Shown one piece after another: positions 41,066 through 55,554 of a DNA stretch of 64,000 nt. Source of the DNA: Octopus vulgaris (lineage: Eukaryota); NCBI GenBank assembly GCA_951406725.2, contig OX597816.1:43772001-43836000 (forward strand), read 5' to 3'. The position numbers and the translations under genes are program-made. Each line of letters starts with the position of its first letter. Position 1 is the first letter of the stretch. A model generated the notes under the pieces. It made no database searches, was not told the DNA's origin, and saw only the letters and a program-made list of their open reading frames with translations.

Positions 41066-43023
41066 TCAGATGCTATCTGGAGAATACTTGAACCGAGAGA
41101 AAATCTAAGAGCTAAGCGAGGAAGTAATATATATATAAAGAGAAGGAAATTTTATGACTGGTGAGAGGACAGTATTTCGTATTTTCTCAACTATAGAACA
41201 TTTTGCCTAAATTCACATTGCTTAACAATAGGAGGGTATTATCTCTAAGTAGTGAGTTCTATATTGCGAGGTACTCCGTAGAACTGTAAGATGGGAAAAT
41301 ACTGTAAGTTTTCGTTATTGCAATATGCTGCAATGGGATAGTTCATTCTTTTGGAAGGGAAATGCCTGATCATAAACCAGAAATTCGCTTTTCTATTATA
41401 CGTCGTAGTTCAGGATCCGATTACACATGTGCACGCCTGTATGAGTATGTGTATATGTGTGCGTGTGTTTCTATATTCATACAAACATATATTTCTATAT
41501 ATCTGATAGGGGGCGGCACTGGGTAGATATTGTGATTTTAAAGCTTTAAACATTAGAGAGAATCTCTACAGTAACAGCTGTGAATTTACCTTTAGAAATT
41601 GAAATATATCTCAAACATAGTTTAACTAACCTAAAGATGCGTATAGCTAAACAGTGCTAGGTGCTGTTACTGCTTAAGACACACATACACACACCTGCAT
41701 TTCTGAAAGACCATAAGGTACTACGTACTCTACACAGTAACGTACTGTTTCTGCCAAATCAGGTTTAATAGTAGATCATGGTGTAATGATTACACTTCGT
41801 TGGAAAGGTAATAGTAATTTTAATTAAATATTTTTATCGTATTTTCCTTTACATTTTAACAAGTGCGATATTCAGTCTCCTTGGGTGAGGCGGTCTGTAA
41901 AACAGAAAATAATGCTTTCTACTACAGGCACAGGGCCTTAAATGTTAGGGGACGTGATAAATTGATTTCATCAACTCCAGCGATTGACTGTTGCTTATTT
42001 TATCACCCACGGTGGACAGAAAATAATAACACGATCATACATCATAACACTATCCTACATTTAAAAAGCATTTTCCTTGAATGTTTAGAATTATTTTTAG
42101 TAATATGATATTAGTGAGCGTTGTAAAATGGTAGAGCCGATAGAGCATCAAAAAATTTGATTTACTTTAGAGATATCACTCTACGCTCGGATTTCGAAAC
42201 CCGCAAGCTTCAAGCTTGCCGTTCATACATCTTAACTGATAAAATATGTACTTTCAAGTTCGATATCGTACAACGCCATCTCTTCTTTAAAGTGCGTAGC
42301 TTCCAACCAATGTTAGGAATCAATACTATAGATATCATGTAATAATATATATATCGTATGTATTTTTATCTCAATCACAAGGATTATGCTTTGAGACAAC
42401 GATTCATCAAATGGAAGTCACTTCTTAATATTATAGCTGTACCGATTCTTATATGGGCTGGGTGGTAAAATTAACATTACCGTAATGGAAAGACATTCTA
42501 CTTTTCAATTTTCTGACAGAAGACGGTTCAATATCCACTGTTACGTTTCCTTAGCAAGCTAAGAAGTTTGCTGACTATAGGTAAATAAAAAAAAGACGAA
42601 AACTATCCAAAACAAATTTAGCGATGAGACTTTCATCTAAGTGCTTACTTTCAAGTTTGTTTAATACAAGTAATAAATTCCGATTTTACAGACAGTTTTC
42701 TAATTTCAAGTATGAAGATGATGTGCTTTTAAGTTGGCACACTCGAAAACAAATTATAAGATGCGTCACTTCTTAAATTATGACATCATAAATCATTCAC
42801 ATTAGAAAGGATAAACTTGGATGTAATGTTGTCGAAATGATTCATGAAGAGCGAAAGAGAAATGTAAAAACTTATAGAGAGGGAGGAGAAGGACGGAGAG
42901 AGAGGAGGAAATATAGAGAGAGACTGACAAAGAGTAAGTGGAAGAAAAAATATTGTACAGAAGTTGTATGAAGGTGAAGAACACTTTTAAATGCATGAAG
43001 ACAAACGGTGTTTCAGAGAGGTT

Positions 43024-43026
43024 TAT

Positions 43027-43113
<87 letters not shown>

Positions 43114-43123
43114 AATATATATA

Positions 43124-43191
<68 letters not shown>

Positions 43192-43198
43192 TATATGT

Positions 43199-43230
<32 letters not shown>

Positions 43231-43441
43231 TATGTGTGTGTAATATATGTATGTCTGTCTGTATGTATGTATGTATATAAATGTAATATATCTGGTGGTG
43301 CTATTAAGCTAGACATGGCCTGGCCATATACTGACTGAAACCTATCAAAGTTATATTCATATATCTGTGAGTGTAGGTGTGTATCTAAGTGTATATATAT
43401 GTGTGTGTGTGCGTATATAGTTATGTACATATATATATTTA

Positions 43442-43475
<34 letters not shown>

Positions 43476-43484
43476 TATATAGAA

Positions 43485-43515
<31 letters not shown>

Positions 43516-43610
43516 TATATAGAAATATATATATATATGCATATATAGAAATATATATATATATGCCTATATAGAAATATATATATATATATATATATGC
43601 ATATATAGAA

Positions 43611-43641
<31 letters not shown>

Positions 43642-43745
43642 TATATATATATATATATATATATGTACATGTATATACATATAATGTATATATCAGCTAT
43701 GTATATATCTATAATATATGTATATGTGTATATATATGTGCATAT
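43024..43745. repeat. (TA)n field with a repeated GCATATATAGAAA(TA)n unit
   Basis: Directly visible. Confidence 0.9.
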
Positions 43746-44569
43746 GTAAGCTATATAGAATGAGTCACACAGTAAATCAATGTATGTTAGCGACAAGATC
43801 AATACTATATCAGCGTAAAACAGAAAGAAGAGTTAGGGGAGATAAAAGGAAAAATAAAATCAACGCTAGAACAAACTAGTTAAAATACACAATAAAAGGA
43901 ACGAACGTATCTAAATTTTTAGATTGAATGCACATACAGCTGCATTAGCAATTGAATATCAGAAGTAAGGAAAATGGTTGATAATCGAACGTCACTAGAA
44001 ATTCATGCCGTAAAAAGGTCGTCAAGAATCCTATACGGAGCGAGGGAGCTAATGTTCCCAAATTTAAGTTTCTTAATAACAATATAATTTATTACAATAT
44101 ATTATTCCGATTGCACGCTTAAATGAAATTCTAAATTAATTTGTCTCCGTTCTTCATAACGTATGTATGTGCGTACGTATCTACGCATGTATGTATGTGT
44201 GTATGTATGTATGCGTATATATACGTGTGTTTGTGCATGGATAAATCTCTTTCATTCTTTCTCTATCTACTGCAACCTCTCATAAAAGTCATTCTCTAAT
44301 AGTAACAGTCGCACTATATCTTAGCTCTAAGCATCGAACTCCCAATGTTACCTAAGTTGTCGCTCTCAACGCGAAATTTTCTGTAAAAACTGAAAAATCC
44401 TATGCATTAATTAGATTTCATTCAGTTATTCATATTTTAGGAATTTATAATCAATGTGGAAATTATGGAATCATTCTTGAATGTAGACATTATAAAGATC
44501 GTACTTTACATGTAGCTTTATTAATGATTGTCATTTACTTTCGATATCAGTAAGATAAATAAATGAAAT

Positions 44570-44765
44570 CGGTGAGCTGGCAGAATCGTTAGCATGCTTA
44601 GCGGGATTTCGTCAATCTTTACGTTGTGAGTTCAAATTTCCCCGTGATTAACTTTACCTTTCATCCTTTCGCAGTTGAAATATTTAGTTCTGGCTACGTG
44701 CAGTCGTTGTACTCGAATCCCCACCTCAAAAACAGCAGGCTTTGTGCTAATATTTGAAACCAATA
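44570..44765 (+). mobile_element. SINE family B, short-tailed
   Basis: CGGTGAGCTGGCAGAATCGTTAGCA...GAGTTCAAATT...CCTTTCATCCTTTCG...TTTGAAACCAAT. Confidence 0.75.
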
Positions 44766-46914
44766 TCAGTAAAATAAATGTTTACTGATAAAACTTCTTG
44801 TTTTAAATCTATTTGACAAGGTTACTGTTCTGTCTTCCAAGTTCAAATGAGACAACCTATGATATACATTCTCCGTGCAAACAAAAAAGACTTTGCCTTG
44901 AATGTTAGTGTATTATTAACTCAGATGGTTCTGAAATTTCTTTTTATGTGAGAGAATAATTACGAAGATGATGATTGTGATATCATTCATAATACTGAGG
45001 AAGAATGGTGTAAAGAAAAAAATGGGGTTTTAGTTTTGTCTTTGAATTTCGTGTCGGAACGTGACTACCTAAAAGTTGTAGACAGAACGTTCCACATGCT
45101 TATAGCTTAATTTGTCATCGATCTTTTTCTATACTCATTGATCAATAGCACCGGAAAAATATGAAATGGAATTTTAACAAATAATTGCAACTGTTTTGTC
45201 AGATAAGGAAATAATGAATCTATCCTTCTTCAAGATATTGAGTAGGTTGTAACTGAATAATATTGAGACCGTGTTGTTTCTAGGTTTCGCATGACAAAGA
45301 ATTTACCGCAAAGCTTGTGTTTTGGCATTTGTCTTAGACGTTTTATTAATGATAACAATAAGTCGAGAAAATAACAAAAGTCAATTTTAATTTTCAAAAT
45401 ATTACATGAATTAATTTTAAGAGATTGATAGAATTCTATGAGCACTTGAATATTAAAACTGTCATTACAGTTATGACTCGGTTGCTTTTGGTGATAGAAA
45501 AGATTCGTTCCCGAAAACTCCCTACATGAAAGATCAATCAACTAATTAATATTTCACATAAGTAGCGTGCGTTTAATGAAATATCATTTAATGAAAAATT
45601 AGAGTTCTCTTGTGTTGAGCTCAAATACTTTTGATAATTACTTATTGTGAAGAAGGAAAATATTATAAACTTTAAGCATAAATTCGAAAATATCGGTTTG
45701 TTTATTCATATCTTTTAAGGATGATTATTGACTTATGGGACACTGGAAATTTTGTTTTGAAAGTAGGATATGATATTGAAAATGCCGGAGAATTTTAAGC
45801 AGACTTATTTATACATATCATATCGGATTACATTAAATGTTATGACGAGTCATCGCAATCGTATGTTAAGGAAATTAACATTTGATTTTGTTACAAATTT
45901 AACCTCACTGCGTTAGCTTGTACAATATATTCCTGCAGATTCCAGCAGAGTAAATAAGTTCTGTAATTTTGAGTTATTGTCCAATAAAATGTGTTATTAT
46001 ACTCATACCAATAAATGTTCTGCGTTATAAACAGCATAGAATCTATATGTCTTTATCTGCTTGAGGTATCTCATATCCGTATGGGTCATTTCCACCCCAG
46101 CTCACGGGGATCCGTTTCGCATTCTCATTATCTCTGATCGTGACAGCCTTCAATTATTTTCACGATTCTCGTGTTATAGGCAATCCAATTGTGTTAACAC
46201 TCAGTATGTTGATGGCTCCTCTTATTCAATAGTAACTTTAATTACGCTAATTTGTAAGTTGACGTGATATAACTAATAACTATTACTGTACTCTCTAATA
46301 TCTTAGCACTTTTCCAATGAGGATTAGCTGGTAAGAACGATAACTAAATCTTTCTCAAATCACACTGGTTTTTAAAAAAATATGATGACAATTTTGTATA
46401 TTGCAGTCCTAGATATACTCTGGGAAAAAAAGAGAGCGATATTGTCATCTTAAAATACTTTCATCCTAGCTCTGCTCGGTCGGTATTGTCCTGGGAACAT
46501 ACAACCACGACATTTGCGATTAATATGCATTTATAAGATTGTTCGTGTTAACTGTTTCCTTACACAAAACGAAAGAAACTGAAGACTTTCCAAATTAATT
46601 ACTTTAAAAATAGTAATTTTGAAATGTATGTTGCCAAACGTCTCACATTAATCGAATGCTAGACCTTAATTTGGCAATAAAATCTCAAGAACGGAATCAT
46701 ACATATCCAATATAGCGAAGAGTACAACGCTATAGACTTTTGTCATGTCTTGTGCATCGAAGAGATTTTTACCTGTATTTTTCATGATACACGTTCGGTG
46801 AAAGTACAACAAATAAACAAAATATAAATGGAAAGATAAATGCACAGGTACATTTGTCAGGAGCACAACACTTCAGCATATATTAGCACGTGCTTTTGTC
46901 TCTAACCCTTATGT

Positions 46915-47240
46915 ATACTGGAATTCCGTTGGTTACGTCGAAGCGAATTGCCCTTGATTCGATCAGCGGAACAGCCTGCTCGTGAAAAAAACGTACGAGT
47001 GGCTGAGCACTCCAGAGACACATATATCCTTTATGTAGTTGTCAGGGAGATTCAGTATGATACAGAGTGTGACAATACTAGCCCTTTCAAATAGAGGTAC
47101 TACTGTTTTTTGTCAGCTCAGTGGAGTGGAGCAATGTGAAATAAAGTATCTTGCTGAAGGACACAACGCGTCACCGGGAATTGAACTCACGTCCTTACGA
47201 TCGTGATCCGAATACACTAACGATGAGCCACGACCTTTAT
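46915..47240 (-). mobile_element. SINE with a family C-type tRNA head
   Basis: GGAGCAATGTGAAATAAAGTATCTTGCTGAAGGACACAAC...GGGAATTGAACTCACGTCCTTACGATCGTGA...GAGCCACGACCTT. Confidence 0.7.
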
Positions 47241-47361
47241 GGATATATACTTTGGATGGGTGCAGCTTCAGCAGCAATGTAATAAAACTGCCATCATACG
47301 TGTTTCTCGGTTACTCATGCATGAGTAGCCTAGTATTCTTTGTATTATAAATGTCAATGCA

Positions 47362-47425
<64 letters not shown>

Positions 47426-47698
47426 GATGAATAGATAGATAGATAGATAGATACACACACACACAAAGACAGAGGGAGAGAGAGAGAGACAAATGGAGAG
47501 ATGAAAGAATTGCAGTGTGTGTGTGTGCTTGATATGTGTATTTGTGTGTATGGATGTATGTTTTATTTGGACAGAACAAAACTTATTTGAGATGAGAATG
47601 TGAAAGTTATTAATTGATAATAGTTTAGCAGATGATATGCCATTTCCAGATTTTCGCATTAAGTTTTACTCCACTACCACTATTACTACTACTACTAT

Positions 47699-47751
<53 letters not shown>

Positions 47752-47790
47752 ATAATAATAATAATAATAATAATACAGTTATATTAGTAT

Positions 47791-47855
<65 letters not shown>

Positions 47856-48774
47856 CAGCGAATAAAATATAAAATAAGACTAACTTCCGTTGAGAATATT
47901 TTTCATTTTCTATTACAGAATGTGGCTAAAATGTATCCATTGAGAATTTTGTTAACCGGAAATGTAATTGAATATGTGGGGAAAGCTATTAAATTATAGT
48001 TTTAGCAGATGTTAAGAGATCTTCTTTGTAAAGAAAACATATACACTTCGTACTAAAATCAATTAGAGGATAGCATTTCGCAAACGCATAGGCCACCCAT
48101 TTTGATTCGAAACCTGCTTCAAGTCAGATAAAAATGTTTGTTTGTTTGTGAGAGAGCATATGGGTGTAGCTTAATGATAAATGTACTTAAGTGTGCGTCA
48201 ATGTGATTCAGAGAAAATGCACATCTAAAAATATCACAGATTACTTTTAAATCGGCGAAGTTATTTTAAGAATGCATTTGTTGTCTCTGAAGTACATATT
48301 GACTGTTGTGTTATAATGCCTAAACAAACAAGCTATGTTAAATTAGTAACTTGAGAATGGTCCATCAGATGAAATGAATTGGTTTTCTTTCCGAAAGTGC
48401 TCTTACTCTATCGCAGTCATCCATATATTATGTAATTAGTGTTAGGTAATTGTTAAAAATTAACATAATCAATAACTACATTATTTTATAATTACTTCCT
48501 ATTTACTGATAACGAAATTAGTTTTTTGTATTTCTAATTAGTTGCAGAAATATTTCTGGTACTTATAAATATGGATATCAGTTCAAGTGTCTGTGTGCGT
48601 GTGCATGTTCGTATGTGTCTATGTGCGTGTGTATAACTTCAGGAGTGGGTTTATATGTATATATGTGTATATATATATGCATATATATGTATATGTAGTT
48701 GCATATATATAGTTGCATATATATATATATATATATATATAGTTGCATATATATATATATATATATATATAGTT

Positions 48775-48836
<62 letters not shown>

Positions 48837-49533
48837 GACTCTCTTATTATTCTAGTTAATTATTCATTGTAGCATTTTAGCATTTTAACAGACCAATTAG
48901 CAAAGATATATTTTTGCTCCTGATCATCCTTTCTGAAGTATATTTTCTAGTTTTCTTTTTTTTTTTTGTTCTTTTTGTGGAGAAGTATATGCATCAACCG
49001 AACAGATTAAGCGAGAGCTTAAAGACATACTACATGCAAAGGATGATACGGTTACCTTGTTATCATCACATCTTATCAGTCCAATTAGTTAATATTAGTA
49101 TTAATGTTAGGTATTCATTAATGTAGTGAGCTGGCAGAATCGCTAGCCGGCCGGGCAAAATGCTTAGCGGCATTTCGTCAGCGTTTACGTTCTCATTACT
49201 GTACATAAATCCCCTGACTAAACAAGTTTTTCGAAATTTTTTTGGTCTGTACATATATATTCCTCACCACTTACCGAAAACTGAACAGTTATCCCCCCCC
49301 TTGCCCACAACAGTAACAATAATAACGATAACTATTTACCTCACCTTATTTTTCTACTGGTGAAGTCATTCACTTATAAATATCATCACACACAACATGG
49401 ACAAAATTTCTTCTTAAGAAAATACACATTCAAATAAGTAAATCATATCTTGAATAGCGAAAGCGAAACCGGTCGATATATTAAAAATTATAATAAAGCT
49501 ATATAAAGTGTGTGTATTTTCCTTTTTTAATTT

Positions 49534-49585
<52 letters not shown>

Positions 49586-49587
49586 AC

Positions 49588-49973
49588 ATACAAAAATGGG
49601 ACAAGAACGCAAAACAGCAAGACAGGTAAAACAAAAAAGAGCCAACAAAATATCCAGAAAGACGATACAAAGAAAACAAGGACGGATCATTCGGAGTTTT
49701 CTATCCTCAGTCGAGTTCCAGATTATCTTTGCAATTTCGGCTGGTTATACTTGAGATCGCTCCAGCTTATTTTTTCCTTGGAGCTAGCTAGTTTGGAGCA
49801 ATGTCGAGTATAACCAGCCGAAATTGCAAAGATAATCTGAAACTCTCTGGGGATAGAAAACTCCGAATGATCCGTCATCGTTTTCCTTGTATCGTTTTTC
49901 TGGATATTTTGTTGTCCCTTTTTTGCTTCACCTAAATGTCTGGATGTTTTGCGTTCTTGTCCTATTTTTGTAT
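49588..49973. mobile_element. Long fold-back element with ~177-bp inverted arms and a 29-bp spacer
   Basis: 49588-49764 is the imperfect reverse complement of 49794-49973; flanked by (TA)n; a related fragment lies at ~2505-2568. Confidence 0.85.
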
Positions 49974-50016
49974 TTTTTTATTTAAAAAATATGGCGGCGT
50001 ACGTACACTTTGGTCT

Positions 50017-50060
<44 letters not shown>

Positions 50061-50639
50061 AATTGAGATACGGGTTGTAAATGCGTTTAACCCTACTGTC
50101 TCTTATGTGGTGGTTTAATAAAGTATGTGATTGAGTATTATCTGGTAATTGATATTTGATTTAGATGTATTTCTCCATTTTCTTATCTTGTGTATATATA
50201 TATATATATATATATACAGATGTGTCTGTGTGTGTGTGTGTATAGCACTAATATAGCTACAGATATTTCTATATGTATGCATTTTATGTGTGCATGCATA
50301 TATACGTGTGATTTTGTGCATGTGTCCTGCAGATATAAGGACAAAATGCTACTAAATTTAGAGAGAATTATTTTGTATTGTGTTTAGGAAAATACTTATA
50401 CACCACAAAATTTAGAATAATTTATACGGGGGAAACACGAAAGGAAACAAAATGAGCAGAACAATCCGCTATGTATATATAGGCAAGTAGAATCTAGAAT
50501 TTTTGTAACTTATGAAACGAATGAGAAACAAAACGAGAATATAGGTAAAAAAAAAAAAAGAAAAGAAAAGAACCACAGAGGATATAACCAAAGTGGAACA
50601 CTACAATATACGAGAGAAAAAAGATGGAAATAGAACCTT

Positions 50640-51010
50640 TACATGGTCAGTAACCTGCAAGACTGCACATACACGGAATAAGTTCATATGAAAGCTGGGA
50701 ATCGCTATAAAGCAGGGTAGATGCAGAAATAGAATGTATTATTTTAGTTACATAAGATCAAAGGTTAATCATTAGAAAACTACCAATGTAATATAATAAA
50801 ATAAAGAAAATGATCTGTAACATGTATGACTACATAGGAAAACAATCGACCGGCATATTTTCGGTTGATCAATCCGAGCAAACGACAGAATATGTCTACA
50901 GGCAGAAGTGGGTATGACAATTGAGTAGAAACCTACAGACAGTTCTGCATCGAAACTCAACAGAAATAATACGAGCAGGTGCTAAATCCAATATGTGACA
51001 ATGATACATT
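50640..51010 (+). pseudogene. Highly decayed GIY-YIG (PLE endonuclease) fragment
   Basis: TTNVI followed, after frameshifts and stops, by CNMYDYIGKQS at ~50780-50850, resembling NVIY...C...YIG.T. Confidence 0.35.
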
Positions 51011-51020
51011 TACGGTGCAT

Positions 51021-51056
<36 letters not shown>

Positions 51057-51439
51057 ATAAAAAGTTATGCAGACTATATCTTGTTCAAAGAACAAAAGAA
51101 AAATATACATGCACTGATACTAAAATCGATCGTTTTTTTTCTCTTCTGTGAATGACTAGGCTGGAAGTTAAAAAAAAAAAAAACAACTGAAAGCATCTAG
51201 CTTACAAAATGAAACTCTACAAGATGTGGAGTCTGAGTGAAAAAGAGGTACCAGTAATAACTGACGCACTGAAACCGGTCCCCAAAATATAATCATAATA
51301 CGCAATGGAAACGAGAGATTCCGAGTTAATAATGCAACCCAAGCAACGTACATATGTACGTTTCTACAACTGTGAAAGGCAAGGGCGATTTCAATTTGTA
51401 AAAGCAGTACAGGTTGATGTATATATATAAATGTATCCT

Positions 51440-51636
51440 TTCTACTGTAGGTTCGAGGCCTAAAATTTACGGGAGAGAGCTAGCCAATTACATACATTCA
51501 CCCAAGTGCTGAACTGCTGCTTATTATATCGACCTTGAACGGATGAAAAGCAACGTCAACCTCAGCAGAACTAGAACTCAGGACGAAAAAAGGTGGAGCA
51601 TTTCGCCCGGAGTGCTAACAATTCTGCCAGCCCGCT
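51440..51636 (-). mobile_element. SINE family B, degenerate
   Basis: GGATGAAAAGCAACGTCAACCTCAGCAGAA...GCATTTCGCCCGGAGTGCTAACAATTCTGCCAGC. Confidence 0.7.
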
Positions 51637-51801
51637 GTCATTATATACATGTGTGTGTGTATGTGTGCGCGCTCGTGCAATTTCACCGCATATGGAGACC
51701 GCTTCACAGCAGAAAGTTTCCAGGTTCGTTCTTTCCGACTGCGTAAGCTACTTGGGAAAATATAACATATAAATATATATGTATGCGCACATATATATAT
51801 A

Positions 51802-51855
<54 letters not shown>

Positions 51856-52019
51856 TATATACATATATATATGCGTGTGCGTGCGTGTTTATATATATAT
51901 ATATACATATATATATGCGTGTGCGTGCGTGTTTATATATTTTTATATATATATATATATATATATACATACATATATATATATGCGTGTGCGTGCGTGT
52001 TTATATATATATATATATG

Positions 52020-52051
<32 letters not shown>

Positions 52052-52521
52052 TGTATGTATATATATATGTATGTATATATATATGTATGTATATATATAT
52101 GTATGTATGTATATATATGTATGTATGTATGTATATATATGTATATATAATTATATATATATATTGTATATATATATAAGATCCAAGGATTGAGGTGTAA
52201 TAAGAAACTTAGCATCAAGGAACCGTATTAGATATAAAAAAAACAACTTTCAGGGACAATAGTGATTTATTGAAACGGTAGGTTGTGGATGTTTCTCTTT
52301 ATTGAAGTAAGATAAATTGAAAAAATTTCTTTTAAAGCTTTCCGGTAGGCAACCACGCTCGCCGGCTATGCGAATAAAAATACAAGAATTAAGGAAAGGA
52401 GCAGTTATAAGCCGGGCTACATAGCGACCGGAACTTTTGAAGTGGTAAATATTCAAGCGAGGTGTATAGCGTAGGCTAATCTTCAGGCTAACGTTACCTT
52501 CATTAAAGAGAAAGTTTACAT

Positions 52522-52886
52522 CAGTGGTTCTCAATCTGGTGTCCGCGGCCCCTTGGTGGTCCACAATGGTAGTACTGGGGGGCCGTGAACTAAATTCAAA
52601 ATTTCATATATATAAATATTAGGTTGTCCCAAAAGTTCGTAAACATTTGCAAAAATTGAATTTTTACTCGCCAAGTACTAACAAAAACAAAAAAAATTAT
52701 TCCTCAAAATAAAGACCATTATTTTCCAAGACTTTCTACGAACTTTTGGGACAACCTTATATATATATGTGCACACACATACTCATAAGGGTAAGCATAT
52801 TGACAGGGTTCCCCGGGAAAATTCATTAAAATAAATGTGTTGGGAATGACAGTTGGAAACCACAGTGTAAAATTTGGGAACTAATG
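52522..52886. mobile_element. hAT (Charlie-like) MITE
   Basis: Ends CAGTGGTTCTCAA and TTGGGAACTAATG; 8-bp TSD GTTTACAT (52514-52521) versus CTTTACAT (52887-52894). Confidence 0.7.
52619..52759. mobile_element. mariner-type MITE (141 bp) nested in the hAT MITE
   Basis: TA|TTAGGTTGTCCCAAAAGTTCGTA ... TACGAACTTTTGGGACAACCTTA|TA. Confidence 0.9.
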
Positions 52887-53185
52887 CTTTACATTGTTGC
52901 AAAGAGTTACATGTTAAAACATGGAAGATTCACTCTTATAATGAAAACAAACAATCGAGTTTCTTTGAAATTTAAATGATTCGTAAGGTATTTATGTACG
53001 TATGTAGTTCAGGTCGTGTTTTTGTGTGCTTCTATGCAGTTATATGATCGGTTTGTGGAGTATGTTTGTGTGATCGTATGTCTGTTAAAACGTTTGTCTA
53101 TTCTAATGTCTGTTGAATCGGCATGATGACTTTCCATGCTGGTTCATTTGATTCGGAAGCAGTGCTATTTGTTGCTTCACTCACT

Positions 53186-53356
53186 TTTTGTAGTCATGTG
53201 CCAATACACTCCTGAAAGTCTTGGAAGATACGAGATGATTCAAACAGATGTAGTCTGTAGTCTTGTGATACCTTTTGTAGTCATGTGCCTATACACTCCT
53301 GAAAGTCTTGGAAGATACGAGATGATTCAAACAGATGTAGTCTGTAGTCTTGTGAT
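53186..53356. repeat. 87-bp near-perfect tandem duplication, in a possible minus-strand GIY-YIG remnant
   Basis: TTTTGTAGTCATGTGCC...TCTTGTGAT starts at 53186 and again at 53273. Confidence 0.9.
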
Positions 53357-54229
53357 GCAAACGTAGCAATGACCGTTGATATCTCTCTGCATTCAAGTCA
53401 TTTTAGCAGTTGCTGGCTCACGTGATAGGAAGTTAAAAGAAAACGCGCACACACTAACACACACGTACACGCGCGTATGTCTGGGTAAGGCGGGGGTAAG
53501 GTGAAATGCAGGTACACATTTCGTTGTTTCTATAACTTTTCCATTGTGTTCAATACTGGAATGACTTGTAAGTTTTAACTTTTTTATTAAGAAAAATTTC
53601 TTTGTATTTCTTTGTTAGCTCGTTGCGGTAGTTTGTTTGAAACGACATCTTTTCAAAACATTCGTAGATGACTTTATCTCATTTTTATTTTATTTTAGTT
53701 TTTTATTATTTATTTATTTATGAAGTAGGCAGTATCTTTATGATTTTCCTCATTGCATTTATGTGTTATCAGTCAAGAATTTATTTTCTGTTGCGACTAT
53801 CACATATTGCTTCTGAGTTTAGTTTAGTCTTGTTTTATATTACGAATATTACATCTTCCATTAAGCGCTACATATTTCTGTGAAATTCTGCATCCTATAT
53901 ATGTATCATATACTAATATTTTTATTTGATGCTGAAGAGTGGGATACGTTATAATTGATCACTGTTATAAGTAAATGAGGATCCGGTGAACGAGTCGTAC
54001 TTATATGGTCAATATATTATTTAATCGTGAAGTTTACATTTCTCACGTTAGTAATATGACTTTGAAGTCAAATTAATCATTAGCATCTTATTAATAGGTT
54101 TACATATCTCTGATTAATGTTGATCAGAATATCTATAATTTAATATTTCCATAATACGTTATTAGTGTTGATTTATAATTAGGCATAATCAATATGTATT
54201 TGATTCATATAAATACACTTGGTACTGTT

Positions 54230-55440
54230 TTTCTTAGTAGTTGTCTTTCTAATGTCCATGTTGCAGTGATTCGTGTATTGTTCTATGGTTTGGTCTTTCA
54301 GACTTTTAGAACACTCGTTCTTGACTAGTGTTTATTTTCCTTATTTAACGCTTCGTTTATGGAAGAGAATCTAAATGTAATTCTAACAATGACATTTTGT
54401 ATCCGTGCGGACATTCAGTGTCTCCGTGTAAGTATATGTATTTATTCGTGATATGGTTTAAACGGGTGTGATACATCTATTTGAATGTTTGTGTCTGGCA
54501 CAATTGCATTGATAGAACTTGCATTCGTATTCTTGTGGTTGCCTTTCTGTACCTTCTCAACGTCTTCCATCAGTGTGTTACAACATTATTCCTGATGTAT
54601 AACGAATATTTATGTCCTGTTATCATTATTCTCTCTATTGCTGCCACATAAGACTCGTCAACTGGGGCCCTAACAGAGAACCAATTGTTATGCCGCCTAG
54701 TTGGTTTTACGTATTGCCATGTCAATATCGAAAAGATTTTTCTATTTCACAGTACACTTGTAATAGTTAGCTGGACTGATGTGTAGTTTTATTGATATTT
54801 TCACATTGGATTATTGACAAACAGCCTTTCTATGCCCTGGGGACATTTCCACTTAGGTTGATGTCTTATAAGATCCCTAAAAACAATCCGGCTGACTGAC
54901 TACTATATCTCAGCAATGGATATCACTTGGTAAAATGATCCAGTTATTCAGTAATTCCATGTTTTTGTACTTGTTTGAGATATTGCGGATAGGACAGGAG
55001 AGTTGCTTACTTTCACTCTTCCTTAGGTATATGCTAAGGTAAATTCTCCTTTAATGAACGAAAATAAGAAGCTCATGTTTATGCATATATCACTGTTCTT
55101 TAGTCTATTGAGTTTAATTTTCAAATGGATGTATTTGTCTTTCGGTATTCACATATAGTTTTCTCAATGAGTTGTTAATTTTTAAAGTATATTCAATTTT
55201 ATCTTCGATTATGAATAACTCACAGATTTTATTGAGCTTTATACAGAAGCTCGTATGTACCTTGGTCTCTTGATTTTCTAAACGTAGTTTTATGTTGTGT
55301 TGTTGCCTTCTGATTTTGTTCATAATGTTGATTATGTTGTAATTAGTGTTTATTGGTACACTGTAAAATGTGTTGCTAAGACTTCATTTCGTGTTTTGCT
55401 CTACCATTGCTGATGGTAAAATATTGGCTGATGTTTGTAT
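54230..55440 (-). pseudogene. Decayed Penelope-like reverse transcriptase
   Basis: Minus-strand NQLGGITIGSLLGPQLTSL (~54650-54710) resembles Q..G.AMGSPLGP.LAN; YLHGDTECPHGYKMSLL (~54380-54440) resembles YL...SECP..YK.SVI; many stops. Confidence 0.7.
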
Positions 55441-55474
55441 ATCGAATATTTTCTATATTGGCAATATATGTATG

Positions 55475-55508
<34 letters not shown>

Positions 55509-55554
55509 TGTATGCATGTATGCATGTATGCATGCATGCATGCATGAATGAATG

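Noticed and set aside
48973-49050. Candidate exon VYASTEQIKRELKDILHAKDDT
   Set aside because: Weak GAG/AAG acceptor and non-consensus donor
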